The notes under the pieces: model-generated | The model's database searches: none | Seen by the model: only the letters and a program-made list of their open reading frames with translations | What the model was told of the DNA's origin: nothing | Program-made: the position numbers and the translations under genes | Assembly (NCBI GenBank): GCA_013152275.1 | Contig: JAADGS010000030.1 | Coordinates: 1-64,000 of the forward strand | Length of the DNA stretch: 64,000 bases | DNA from: Actinomycetota bacterium | Lineage (GTDB): Bacteria; Actinomycetota; Acidimicrobiia; Spongiisociales; UBA4744 | Direction: 5' to 3' | Shown here: piece by piece, positions 40,759 through 50,100 of the stretch | Layout of the letters: the number at the start of each line of letters is the position of its first letter | Numbering within the stretch: the first letter of the stretch is position 1

Positions 40759-41949
40759 TCAGATGATGCCTTCGTCTTGCAGCCGCTGCAGATCTTCCTC
40801 GGTAAGACCCAACTCGTCCCGAAAGACCTCTTCGTTGTCCTCTCCAAGGCGCCGGCCCGCCCAGCGGATCCTGCCTGGAGTCTCCGACATTCGAAACAAT
40901 ACGTTCTGCATCCGGATGTCGCCGAGTTCGGGGTCCTTCACTGTCGTGATGGAGTCGAGCGCGCGGTATTGCGGATCCTCCATGATCTGCGCGATGTCGT
41001 AGATAGGTCCCACCGCCGCTTCCGCCTCCTCGAAGACGGCAGCGACCTCCTCTGCATCGTGTTCGGCTATCCATTCGCCAACATACCTGTCGAGGAGGTC
41101 GCCGTGCTCGGCACGGGTTCGACCCGACGCAAACCACGGTTCCTCGATCACCTCCGGATGCCCCACAAGACGCAACACCCGCTCGGCAATATTCTGTGAA
41201 CTGGTCGAGACGGCAACCCAGCGGCCATCGCGAGTCTTGTATGCATTCCTGGGAGCGTTGTTGACCGAGCGATTCCCGGTGCGCGGCTGCACGAGACCCA
41301 ACTGGTCATACACGAGCGGCTGTGGACCGAGGATCGTAAGAATTGGTTCGATGATCGCCAGGTCGATGATCTGCCCGGTTCCACCTGCACGGTCGCGGTG
41401 ATACAGGGCCATCAGAATCGCGATCGCCGTCGCCTGAGCGGCAATACCGTCGGCGAGTCCGAACGGCGGCAAGGTCGGCGGTCCGTCTGGTTCACCGGTG
41501 ATCGCTGCAAAACCACTCATGGACTCGGCCAAAGTACCGAATCCGGGTCGCTTGGCATACGGACCGAGCTGACCAAACCCAGTCACTCGGGCGAGGATCA
41601 ACCCGGGATTGACACTCTGGAGACGGTCCGGGCCGATGTTCCATCGTTCGAGCGTCCCCGGACGAAAGTTCTCGATCACGATGTCGGCGTCCTCTGCGAG
41701 GCGCACGAACAGCTCCTGACCTCGCGACTTGCTGAGATTCAGGGTGATCGCCCGCTTGTTGCGGCCAAGCATCTTCCACCACAGAGGCACGCCGTCCTTC
41801 ATGTAGCCGTGGTTTCGAACAGGATCGCCTCGCGGATGTTCGATCTTGATGACATCGGCGCCGAAGTCGGCAAGGATCGTCGCCGCCAAGGGACCTGCGA
41901 ACAGGGTGGCGACGTCGAGAACTTTCACACCGTCGAGCGCTGATGGCAT
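40759..41949 (-). CDS. CaiB/BaiF family III CoA-transferase
   Basis: LDGVKVLD, AGP, GADVIKIE, RNKR, ENFRPG, GFGQ.GP. Confidence 0.92.
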   Translation of the reverse strand: MPSALDGVKVLDVATLFAGPLAATILADFGADVIKIEHPRGDPVRNHGYMKDGVPLWWKMLGRNKRAITLNLSKSRGQELFVRLAEDADIVIENFRPGTLERWNIGPDRLQSVNPGLILARVTGFGQLGPYAKRPGFGTLAESMSGFAAITGEPDGPPTLPPFGLADGIAAQATAIAILMALYHRDRAGGTGQIIDLAIIEPILTILGPQPLVYDQLGLVQPRTGNRSVNNAPRNAYKTRDGRWVAVSTSSQNIAERVLRLVGHPEVIEEPWFASGRTRAEHGDLLDRYVGEWIAEHDAEEVAAVFEEAEAAVGPIYDIAQIMEDPQYRALDSITTVKDPELGDIRMQNVLFRMSETPGRIRWAGRRLGEDNEEVFRDELGLTEEDLQRLQDEGII

Positions 41950-41953
41950 ACTT

Positions 41954-41978
41954 GTTCCACTAGAGGGAATGTCGTTCC
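41954..41978. promoter_or_regulatory. Putative IclR operator (palindrome plus half site)
   Basis: GTTCC-N7-GGAAT, gtc, GTTCC, 4 bp from the CoA-transferase ATG. Confidence 0.65.
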
Positions 41979-42044
41979 GATAGTATCATCCCGAACCTTC
42001 CTGTACCAGATCCGACTTCACACAGGCGTCACGCCAGGAGGCAT

Positions 42045-42971
42045 GTGTCACAAATGACCGCCCGAAGCTACCTCTACGTTCCTGGTAACGCACCCCGAAT
42101 GTTCGCCAAGGCAAGCGACCGAGGAGCGGACGCACTCATCTTCGATCTGGAGGACGCCGTGCCTCCGGCAGCGAAGGCCTCGAGCCGGAACCTCGTCTCC
42201 GCATGGCTCCAAGAGCGCGGGCCCGACGTGACGCCGCCGGCATGGGTGCGGGTCAATCCCATCCGAGGCCTCATGGAGGACGATATCGCGACGGTCGTGC
42301 ATCCCGGTCTGGCCGGCCTCTACGTGCCCAAAGCCGAAGATCCCGACACACTCGAGGAGATCGCTGCATTCCTCGACGATCTCGAGAAGGAACGAGCCAC
42401 ATCGAGCATCCTTCTCGCACCCATTATCGAATCGGCTGCGGGATTGCAGGCGGTCTCCGAGCTGGCAGCGGCTCGCCGTGTATCTCATCTGGCCATGGGC
42501 GAAGCCGATCTCGCCGCAGACCTGGGCATCAGCGCCTCCGAAGACGAGCGTGAGTGGATATCGATTCGGATCCAGGTCGTCATTGCCAGTGCAGCGGCCG
42601 GGATCCAACCCCCGTCCGGAGCGGCGAGAATCGACATCGCGGACCTCGATGGTTTGCGAACCTCGTCAGAGCGCCTCTACCGCCTGGGCTTTCGGGCTCG
42701 CTCCGCGGTCCACCCTTCCCAGGTCCCCGTCATCAACGACGTCTTCACCCCTTCTCGAGCCGAGGTGGCGGCCGCCAGACGGGTCGTCGAGCTCTACGAA
42801 GATGCGCTCTCCCACGAGTCGGGCGTCGTGCTCGACGATCGAGGCAGAATGATCGACGAGGCAGTCGTCCGGTCCGCACGCGAAGTCCTGACAAGAGCCG
42901 AGCGCATCTCTGCCGACTCGTCGAATCCTCAAGCGGAGCGACTTGCCTCGACGGAGTCGGTCAACACGTAG
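42045..42971 (+). CDS. CitE-like / HpcH-HpaI acyl-CoA lyase
   Basis: RSYLYVPG, DLEDAV, WVRVN, PKAE, IIES, GEADL, HPSQV, MIDEAV. Confidence 0.9.
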   Translation: MSQMTARSYLYVPGNAPRMFAKASDRGADALIFDLEDAVPPAAKASSRNLVSAWLQERGPDVTPPAWVRVNPIRGLMEDDIATVVHPGLAGLYVPKAEDPDTLEEIAAFLDDLEKERATSSILLAPIIESAAGLQAVSELAAARRVSHLAMGEADLAADLGISASEDEREWISIRIQVVIASAAAGIQPPSGAARIDIADLDGLRTSSERLYRLGFRARSAVHPSQVPVINDVFTPSRAEVAAARRVVELYEDALSHESGVVLDDRGRMIDEAVVRSAREVLTRAERISADSSNPQAERLASTESVNT

Positions 42972-43297
42972 AAACGAAACTTCGTCCTTCCGGCAGGACC
43001 TCGCTCCGGAGGGATCGGGTGCTCACGAAACCACGCAAGATACTGCTCGTAGGAATCGTGGTTGGCGAAGTGCAGTTCTGCGATCCGGTAGAACGTCTCC
43101 GGTTCCTCTGAGGTGGGAGAACCTGCGCTCGTGGCGAGTATCGGCCGCACAACCGTATTGAAGACGAGCCGATCGAGATGCGGATTGGCGAGCAGATCCG
43201 GAATGTGAACATCCTGTAGCCACTGCTCATACTCATCCTTCGACACCCCCTCGACCAGGTCATAACCGAGAATGGCCTTCACTGTCGACGTGCCCAC
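42929..43297 (-). CDS. EthD-like dimeric alpha/beta-barrel protein
   Basis: YEQWLQDVHIPD, YRIAELHF. GTG start preceded by GGAGG. Confidence 0.6.
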   Translation of the reverse strand: MGTSTVKAILGYDLVEGVSKDEYEQWLQDVHIPDLLANPHLDRLVFNTVVRPILATSAGSPTSEEPETFYRIAELHFANHDSYEQYLAWFREHPIPPERGPAGRTKFRFYVLTDSVEASRSA

Positions 43298-43659
43298 AAG
43301 TGCCTCCCATGCCAAGTGATCCGCTTGCCGACCGTAGCACGACGAACTGGGTTCGCACAGAGGCCGTTCCTGGGCATCGTGTCCGCTCCTCGACACTGCT
43401 CGGTCGCTTCCGGCCGGGGTTGGCCAAATCGAGTGTCAGGCGGGAGTCGAACTCCGCCGGAAGGGCTCCTGGAAGTCTCGAGGATCGCTCACGGTTCCGG
43501 ATCCGGAGCACACATCACAGAAAAGCCACGATCCAGGCCACCCGTTGTCGCACAACATGCTGGTGACCTCGATGCAGACCTGGAAACCCAGGTCGTCGGC
43601 GAGTGCCCTGAACGCGAAACAGAGGCACGACGCGCAGACTGCGCACTACGAAGACTGGG

Positions 43660-43850
43660 CCAGATGAAGTCCTCGCCGGTCTCCACGTTGAAGTGATCTC
43701 CATTGAGCAGCCCACGAGACCACCGCATGCCGTCCCCGTCTGGTACAAGTGCAAGCAGGGAGGCGAGATCACCGTCATCACATCGGCGAACTCTGTCAAA
43801 GGTCGCCCGCTCGCCGCAGCGGGACACTTCGGTCTCCGTACCGACTCCGA
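43660..43850 (+). pseudogene. Remnant of a PPOX-class (pyridoxamine 5'-phosphate oxidase-like) gene
   Basis: DEVLAGLHVEVISIEQPTRPPHAVPVWYKCKQGGEITVITSANSVKGR resembles the family N-terminus; similarity is then lost. Confidence 0.55.
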
Positions 43851-44018
43851 AGGCGTGTCCTCATCGACGCGTGTCGATGACAAGACCGATCACCGCCGGC
43901 CGCCCGACGCTCGGCAAGCAGCGGGTCACTCTCATGGGTGACGGTCGGAAGATCTGGCGGTCGGCTTCCCGGTGGTCCACCGGTGTCGCAGGTCGACCAT
44001 CGAAAGAGATACCGCGAC

Positions 44019-44059
44019 TTGACAACGACATTCCGAGATTCTAGTTTGCACAGCAAACT
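44019..44059 (+). promoter_or_regulatory. sigma70-type promoter with overlapping palindromic operator
   Basis: TTGACA-17 nt-TAGTTT; AGTTTGC-ACA-GCAAACT at 44043-44059. Confidence 0.7.
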
Positions 44060-44097
44060 GATTTGCCCGTACTACCAGTTTGCAGGAAGGGGATGAG

Positions 44098-44718
44098 ATG
44101 TCGAATCGTATGGACCTCGATGCGATCGAAAGGAGCGCACGCGCCGCCGGGTATCAGGATGGCCTCATGGAGCTGCTCGCCGCGGTAGTCATGCTCGGAC
44201 TTGCGCTGACGTGGGCGGTCGGTCCTGAATTGGTTGCGATCGTGGTCGTACCGGTCACTGTGTTTGGTTGGAAGGTGGTCTTTCGCTTCAAGGAGAAGGT
44301 GACCTATCCGCGGATCGGCTACTCGGGGGACCGGCCCGATCCATCTCCACCGAGCGCACGAGGAATGCTCCTGTTCCTTGGCCTCGGCTTCGGGATCACG
44401 GTCGCGGTCATCGCTATCTCCGGCGAACTCGGCAACCCCGGCGACTGGTGGCGAGCTGCCGCGCTACTGGCCGGACTGTCGTTCGCCGCCGGCTTCTGGT
44501 TCGCAGGTCGACGGTCGGGTCTCCTCCGGCACCGTCTGCTTGCCGTCGCTTCCGTCCTCACAGGGATCCTCTACTGGGCGATCGGTTCCGGCGCCGGATA
44601 CCGCCCCGTGGCCTGGCAGCTCGCGACCATGGGAACGCTGCTACTGATCACCGGCACCGTTGCGTTGGTGACCTTCCTGCGGCGCAACCCCACCATCGAG
44701 GAGCCCGACCGTGGCTGA
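44098..44718 (+). CDS. Hypothetical multi-pass membrane protein
   Basis: About 6 hydrophobic segments, YQDGL.E, KEKVTYPRIGY. Confidence 0.75.
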   Translation: MSNRMDLDAIERSARAAGYQDGLMELLAAVVMLGLALTWAVGPELVAIVVVPVTVFGWKVVFRFKEKVTYPRIGYSGDRPDPSPPSARGMLLFLGLGFGITVAVIAISGELGNPGDWWRAAALLAGLSFAAGFWFAGRRSGLLRHRLLAVASVLTGILYWAIGSGAGYRPVAWQLATMGTLLLITGTVALVTFLRRNPTIEEPDRG

Positions 44719-45016
44719 CGTCCCAGCGGTTGCCGGCATCGATCGCCTGATCCACGAACCGGGGCGCCTCGCCATCCTGGCGGTCCTCAACGCCGTCGAC
44801 GAAGCCGACTTCCTGTTCCTTCTTCGCCAGACCGGCCTGACACGTGGCAACCTCTCGTCGCACACCGCCAAACTCGAGAACGGCGGCTACATCGCCGTCG
44901 AGAAATCCTTCGTCGACAAGGTTCCGCACACCGTCTACCGGCTCACCGACGAGGGTCGCACCGCTCTCGACGCGTACCGCCGGCAGATGACCGGCATCCT
45001 CGAGGCGATGGAGTAG
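44711..45016 (+). CDS. Winged-helix transcriptional regulator (HTH_34/ArsR-like)
   Basis: DRLIHEPGRLAIL...EADF..L...GLTRGNLSSH..KLE..GY. Confidence 0.88.
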   Translation: MADVPAVAGIDRLIHEPGRLAILAVLNAVDEADFLFLLRQTGLTRGNLSSHTAKLENGGYIAVEKSFVDKVPHTVYRLTDEGRTALDAYRRQMTGILEAME

Positions 45017-45106
45017 ACGCCTTCGGCTCCCGGGACAATCAGCGCCGCGCTGGGCCCGCGTGCCCCGGCACTCGAAAACAGCGGCAGGTTCAGGCAGAAT
45101 CAACGT

Positions 45107-45925
45107 GTGGATCCCTTTCTCATCGCACACAATCCCGACACCGACAGCAGCCTCCCCTATCTGCTGCGGCTCCCCGTCGAAGGCGGCATCGTGCTCAAGG
45201 CGAAGGAAGACTGGCCACGGGCCTCACGGGTGTACTGCCACCCGGTCGACATGTGGCCCGATGAGGCCGAAGTCATCGGTGAAGTGCCGGTGAAGCTGTG
45301 TAGACGGAGAGGCTCGGCGATCGATCTCGTGCTGGATCGGCGCATCAACAGCCGCAGCCAGTTCGTCTTTACCACCCTGCGGGGCCGTAACGTGATCTTC
45401 TGGCAGACCCCGAAGGCGGCGAAGGGCTCTCGACCGGGAGTGCGCGTCCCGAAGCGGCGGGCCGCCGGCCTGAAGGTGCTCGAGGTCGTGATCGACACGC
45501 GGGAGCGCTACCCGTACCGGTTCGCCAACCACCCCGTCGAGGTGTCGAGATCCGCACTGGCCGCAGGTGACTATGCGGTGATGGTCAACGACGTCGTTGT
45601 CGCCTCGGTCGAACGCAAGACGAGCGACGACTTCCGCAAGACCCTGGTGGACGGTTCGCTCTCGTTCCTCATGGCAGACCTCTCCTCCCTGCCGGCTGCC
45701 GCCATCGTGGTCGAAGAGCGCTACTCGTCGATGCTGCACTCCGAGCATGTCGAACCGGGATGGGTCGCCGAACTGATCGCCCGCGTGCAGGTGCACCACC
45801 CGTCGGTGCCGATTGTCTTCTGCGACGCCCGCAAGTTCGCAGAAGAGTGGACCTACCGGTTCCTCGGCGCGGCGTTCGCCGAGCTGGGGATCCCCATCCG
45901 AGATGGCATGGAACAGGACGACTGA
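45107..45925 (+). CDS. ERCC4 (XPF/Mus81-type) nuclease domain protein
   Basis: VIDTRE, GDY, VERKT..D, VVEE; actinobacterial-type N-terminal domain. Confidence 0.85.
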   Translation: MDPFLIAHNPDTDSSLPYLLRLPVEGGIVLKAKEDWPRASRVYCHPVDMWPDEAEVIGEVPVKLCRRRGSAIDLVLDRRINSRSQFVFTTLRGRNVIFWQTPKAAKGSRPGVRVPKRRAAGLKVLEVVIDTRERYPYRFANHPVEVSRSALAAGDYAVMVNDVVVASVERKTSDDFRKTLVDGSLSFLMADLSSLPAAAIVVEERYSSMLHSEHVEPGWVAELIARVQVHHPSVPIVFCDARKFAEEWTYRFLGAAFAELGIPIRDGMEQDD

Positions 45926-45980
45926 GCCCGTCTCCGATCGGCCGGCACCAGGCCAGGCGCACTCACCGCCTTCACCACCT

Positions 45981-46338
45981 TCACCACGGCAGCGGCGTCA
46001 TGACCGTGATCGCCGCTCTCAGCGGAACCCGCAATACCATCCCGTCCGGCAGAGGGTTCTCGTCGAGCCACACCAGCGCACGTGCCATGGCCTCGACCGC
46101 CACCACTTCCCTCACCCGCACATACACGACCGCTGCGAACCGGAGTCGCCTCGCCAACGGAATGAAGTCGGCGTTGTTGGTCTCCGACAATCGCATCCCG
46201 GTCATCGGCGTATGCGATCAATTCCTGGTCCGACACCGAAGACAGCCCGGCCTGGTACGCGGTCCATGCTTCGTGACCCTGGCCGGTCGGAAACCGAGCC
46301 ACCTCGACTGGAAGGCAATGGTCGACGAGAAACCTCAG
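45981..46338 (-). pseudogene. DUF5615 PIN-like toxin (VapC45-like), frameshifted near 46184
   Basis: LRFLVDHCLP...SDQELIAYADDRDAIV continues in another frame as TNNADFIPLARR...; CTG at the start position. Confidence 0.7.
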
Positions 46339-47012
46339 CCTGCCCTCGCCTTCGACGATCTGCGACGTTCCTCTGCCTCGACCGCACCCAGGACGTCCTC
46401 TCGTTCGAGTCCCGGATAGCTGTCGAGGATCCGCTCGACGTTGTAGCCCGCTTCGTGCAGACTCCAGATCGAGGAGGTCGGTACCCGGGTTCCGGCGATT
46501 ACCTCGGCCGAGCCCAACACCCCTCTTCGCCGTTCGGTCTTGCCGACCCGGCGCGATCTCCGGCGATCCTCCTGCGCCAACCGGCGGAGCTCCTCCTCGA
46601 ACGTTCTGAGCGGGACGGTTATCTCCATGATCTTCTGACCGCTGTGCCACTCTTCCCATGACCCATCCGCCTGCTGGACAACAACCCTGTGGTGGGGTCG
46701 CCCACGAACATGATCCTCGATCACGGCAAAGGTGACACGAGCGAGAGGACGCAACGTCTCCTCGGCCCGGAGTCGCTGGACGATCTTGCCGATGAGCTGC
46801 AACGACACCTTGTCTCGCAGCCAGGCAGCCACACGGAACTCGACGAGGTTGGCGAAGGAGAACAGTCGCACGCGACCACGGCCCCTTGCCCGATCGATAT
46901 CGGGGGTGACAATGCCTTTCTCGATCCAATAGTCGAGCCGGCGTTTGGTGATGCCGGAGAGACGCATCACCTGTTGAGAGGTGAACACGCCGTCATCGAA
47001 CGAGCTCTCCAA
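46335..47012 (-). CDS. MerR-like HTH plus DUF433 antitoxin (VapB45-like)
   Basis: FTSQQVMRLSGITKRRLDYW, RLFSF; C-terminal VIAGTRVP...ILDSYPGL..EDV. TTG start chosen for its GGAGG RBS. Confidence 0.82.
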   Translation of the reverse strand: MESSFDDGVFTSQQVMRLSGITKRRLDYWIEKGIVTPDIDRARGRGRVRLFSFANLVEFRVAAWLRDKVSLQLIGKIVQRLRAEETLRPLARVTFAVIEDHVRGRPHHRVVVQQADGSWEEWHSGQKIMEITVPLRTFEEELRRLAQEDRRRSRRVGKTERRRGVLGSAEVIAGTRVPTSSIWSLHEAGYNVERILDSYPGLEREDVLGAVEAEERRRSSKARAG

Positions 47013-47025
47013 TCGGCCCTCCACT

Positions 47026-47049
47026 GATGAGTACCTTGATGTACTCATC
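47026..47049. promoter_or_regulatory. Palindromic operator of the TA locus
   Basis: Perfect GATGAGTAC-N6-GTACTCATC, overlapping a minus-strand TACGAT -10-like hexamer. Confidence 0.65.
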
Positions 47050-47141
47050 GTATCGCAACAATGCCGGGAGGGGAACCACCCTTGCCGACCGACGGCACAG
47101 GGCCTTCTCCGTGGAAAGGAGCCCCGCCATGTCCTGTCCCC

Positions 47142-50100
47142 TCACAGCCCTTGGAGCGCCTTGACGATCCGCTGCTCACTCACCTTCCCACGGGTGCCGA
47201 GCGCCTGGGCGAAGAGGCTCACCCGCAGCTCCTGGAGCATCCAGGCGATCTCCGCGAGCTCAGGCGACGGCGGAAGCACCTCGCAGAGCCGTTCATACTC
47301 GCCTTCGAGGCGCTGCACCAGGGTCATCCGTTCACGATCCCGCTGCGGATCCCCGACGACTCGCTCCAGGCGCCGCTCGACGGCGCGAAGGTAGCGCTCC
47401 ACGTCGGCCAGCCGCGCCGCGCCAACGGCGGTGAGAAAGCCCGGGTAGATGAGCTGGTCGAGCTGACCCTGCATGTCGGCTGCGGCTGCCTGTGGTGCGT
47501 CCGCGTCGGTTCGCCCCAGGGAGGCACGCAGCGAACGGGCCAGATCGAGGATGCGCAGTGACACCGATCCCACCGCTTCCACCCGCTCGGCGAGATCCTC
47601 TCCGGCACGGGCGACGAGCGCGTCGAAACCGACACCGTCCCACGGTGGCCCACCGGCGTCGGTGATCACCTGCCCGGCGACGCAGGTGACACAGTCGTCG
47701 ACCCACTCGGCCGGCGCGCCGTGAGGACCGGAACGGATCGCCCGTCTTGCATCGTCGTTGAGCAGAAGGCGCAGCATCCTGCCGGCCGACGGCAGATTGA
47801 GGGCCAGCAGGCGCGTGGCGCCGGCCCACATGGCGTTCGCCTGCTCTTCGGCGGTGGCCAGCAGACGCACGGCGACCGAGCCGCCCTCGTCGACGAGTGC
47901 CGGATACGCATGAACCCTCCGGCCGGCGTCGCCGATCTCGACCACGCGGGGAAGCGCGCCGATGCTCCACGTGGTCAGGCCGATCTGTTCGAGTTCGTGG
48001 CTCGTCACCGGCATGGCCCGGGCTGCGTCACGGAGTTCTGTCTTCAACACAGCGAGGTCATCGCTCTCGGCGATGGGTTCCCCGTGATCGTCGACGACCC
48101 GAAATGTCGGCCGCAGGTGGGCGGGAAGGGCATCCAGGTCAAAGACGTCCGGTGGAATGGAGACGCCGCCGATGTGGGCCAGCTCACGGCGTAACACCGA
48201 CAGGAGGCGCCCGTCGTCGGGGCCGAGGCGTTCGGCGAGAACGCGGGCCGTGTCGGGAATCGGCACGAACGGTTTCCGGAACTGCTTGGGAAGGGTTCGG
48301 ATCAGCTCCGTGATCAGTTCGACCCGGTACCCCGGCACGTGCCATTCGAACACGGCCGGATCGACCCGGTCGATACCGCTGATCGGAACATCGACGGTGA
48401 CCCCATCGGTCGTCCCGCCGGGTTCGAACGTGTAGGCCAGCGCCATCGCGACGTCACCGTGGTGCCACACCTCGGGGAACGCGTCGGTGTCGGGTGCGGC
48501 GGCCTCCGGGTCGATCAGGTCATCGAGTCCGAGCTCCAGCAGGTGCGGGTCGTCGTGGCGGGCATCCTTCCACCAACGGTCGAAGTGGCGTACCGAGATG
48601 ACGTCGCCGGGAATGCGCCGGTCGAAGAACTCGAAGATGGCGGCATCGTCGACCAGGAGATCGGTGCGACGCTCGCGGGCCTCGAGCGCCTGGACCTGCT
48701 CGATCATGGCCTCGTTGTGTGCCGCGAAGTCGTGGTGAGTCTCCCACTCGCCTGCGACGAGGGCATGGGAGATGAACATCTCTCTCGCACCGGCCGGGTC
48801 GATCCGCCCGTACTGGACGTTGCGATCGGTCACCAGCGGCAGCCCGTAGATCGTCACGGTTTCGTAGGCGGCGGCCGCACCACGGTCGGCGTCCCACCAC
48901 GGATCGGAGTACGACGTGCGCACGAGGTGGGCGCCGACCTGTTCGACCCATTCGGGACGGACAGGGGCGACGCCCCTCGCCCAGAGGCGGCTCGTCTCCA
49001 CCAGCTCGGCGGCCATCACCCACTGCGGTGCAGCCTTGAACAGAGCCGATCCGGGGGCGATGAAGAAGCGGGCATTGCGGGCTCCCCGGTACTCGTACCC
49101 GCCGGGGTCCTTGATCCCGATGTGGGAGAGGAGGCCTGCAAGGACCGACCGGTGGATCGCGTCCGGGTCGGCGGGCGTCGTGTTGGCGATCATGCCGAGA
49201 TCTTCGGTGACGTCTCGCAGTTGGGCGTGGATGTGTTGCCACTCTCGGATGCGGCGTTCGCTGAGGAACTCGTCGCGGCACATCCTGCGGAACCGGTTCG
49301 AGGTCCTCGCGCTGCGTTCGGTCTGCAGGTACTCCCACAGGTGCAGCCAGGAGAGCAGATCGGAGTCGGGATGTTTGAACCGGGCGTGGAGCTGATCGGC
49401 GTGTTGACGGTGCTCGGCGGGACGTTCCCTCGGGTCGCGAACCGAAAGCGCGGCAGCGATCACCAGCACCTCGGTGAGACAGCCGTTGCGGTCGGCCTCG
49501 ATCACCATGCGGGCGAGACGGACGTCCAGCGGGAACCGGGCGAGACGACGTCCGAGCTTGGTCAGCCACCTGCGGGTGCCCTGGTGGGCGGGGTTGACGG
49601 CACCGAGCTCTTCGAGCAGGGCGATGCCGTCGCGGATGCTTCGCGAGTCCGGCGGGTCGAGGAACCCGAACGCTTCGATGTCGCCCAGGTCGAGTGCCGC
49701 CATCTGCAGGATCACCGACGCCAGGTTGGTGCGACGGATCTCCGGTTCGGTGAACGCGGGACGCGACCGGTAGTCGTCCTCGGCGTAGAGGCGGATGCAG
49801 ACTCCCGGTCCGAGGCGCCCACATCGTCCGGCCCGCTGGTCGGCCGACGCCTGGGAGATCGGTTCGATAGGCAGCCTCTGCACCTTCGTGCGCCGGCTGT
49901 AGCGTGAGATGCGGGCGGTTCCCACGTCGATGACGGACCGGATGCCCGGCACGGTCAGCGATGTCTCCGCCACGTTCGTGGCGACGATGATCCTCCGCCC
50001 GCGGTGCGGTTCGAACACCCTGTGCTGCTCTGCGGCCGACAGGCGCCCGTACAAGGGCAGGACCTGCGTGTGCGCCAGACCCAGGTCGGCGACGGCGTCG

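Noticed and set aside
45853..46929. 358-aa ORF spanning the TA locus
   Set aside because: Chimera of an off-frame antitoxin read and the toxin's N-terminal half.
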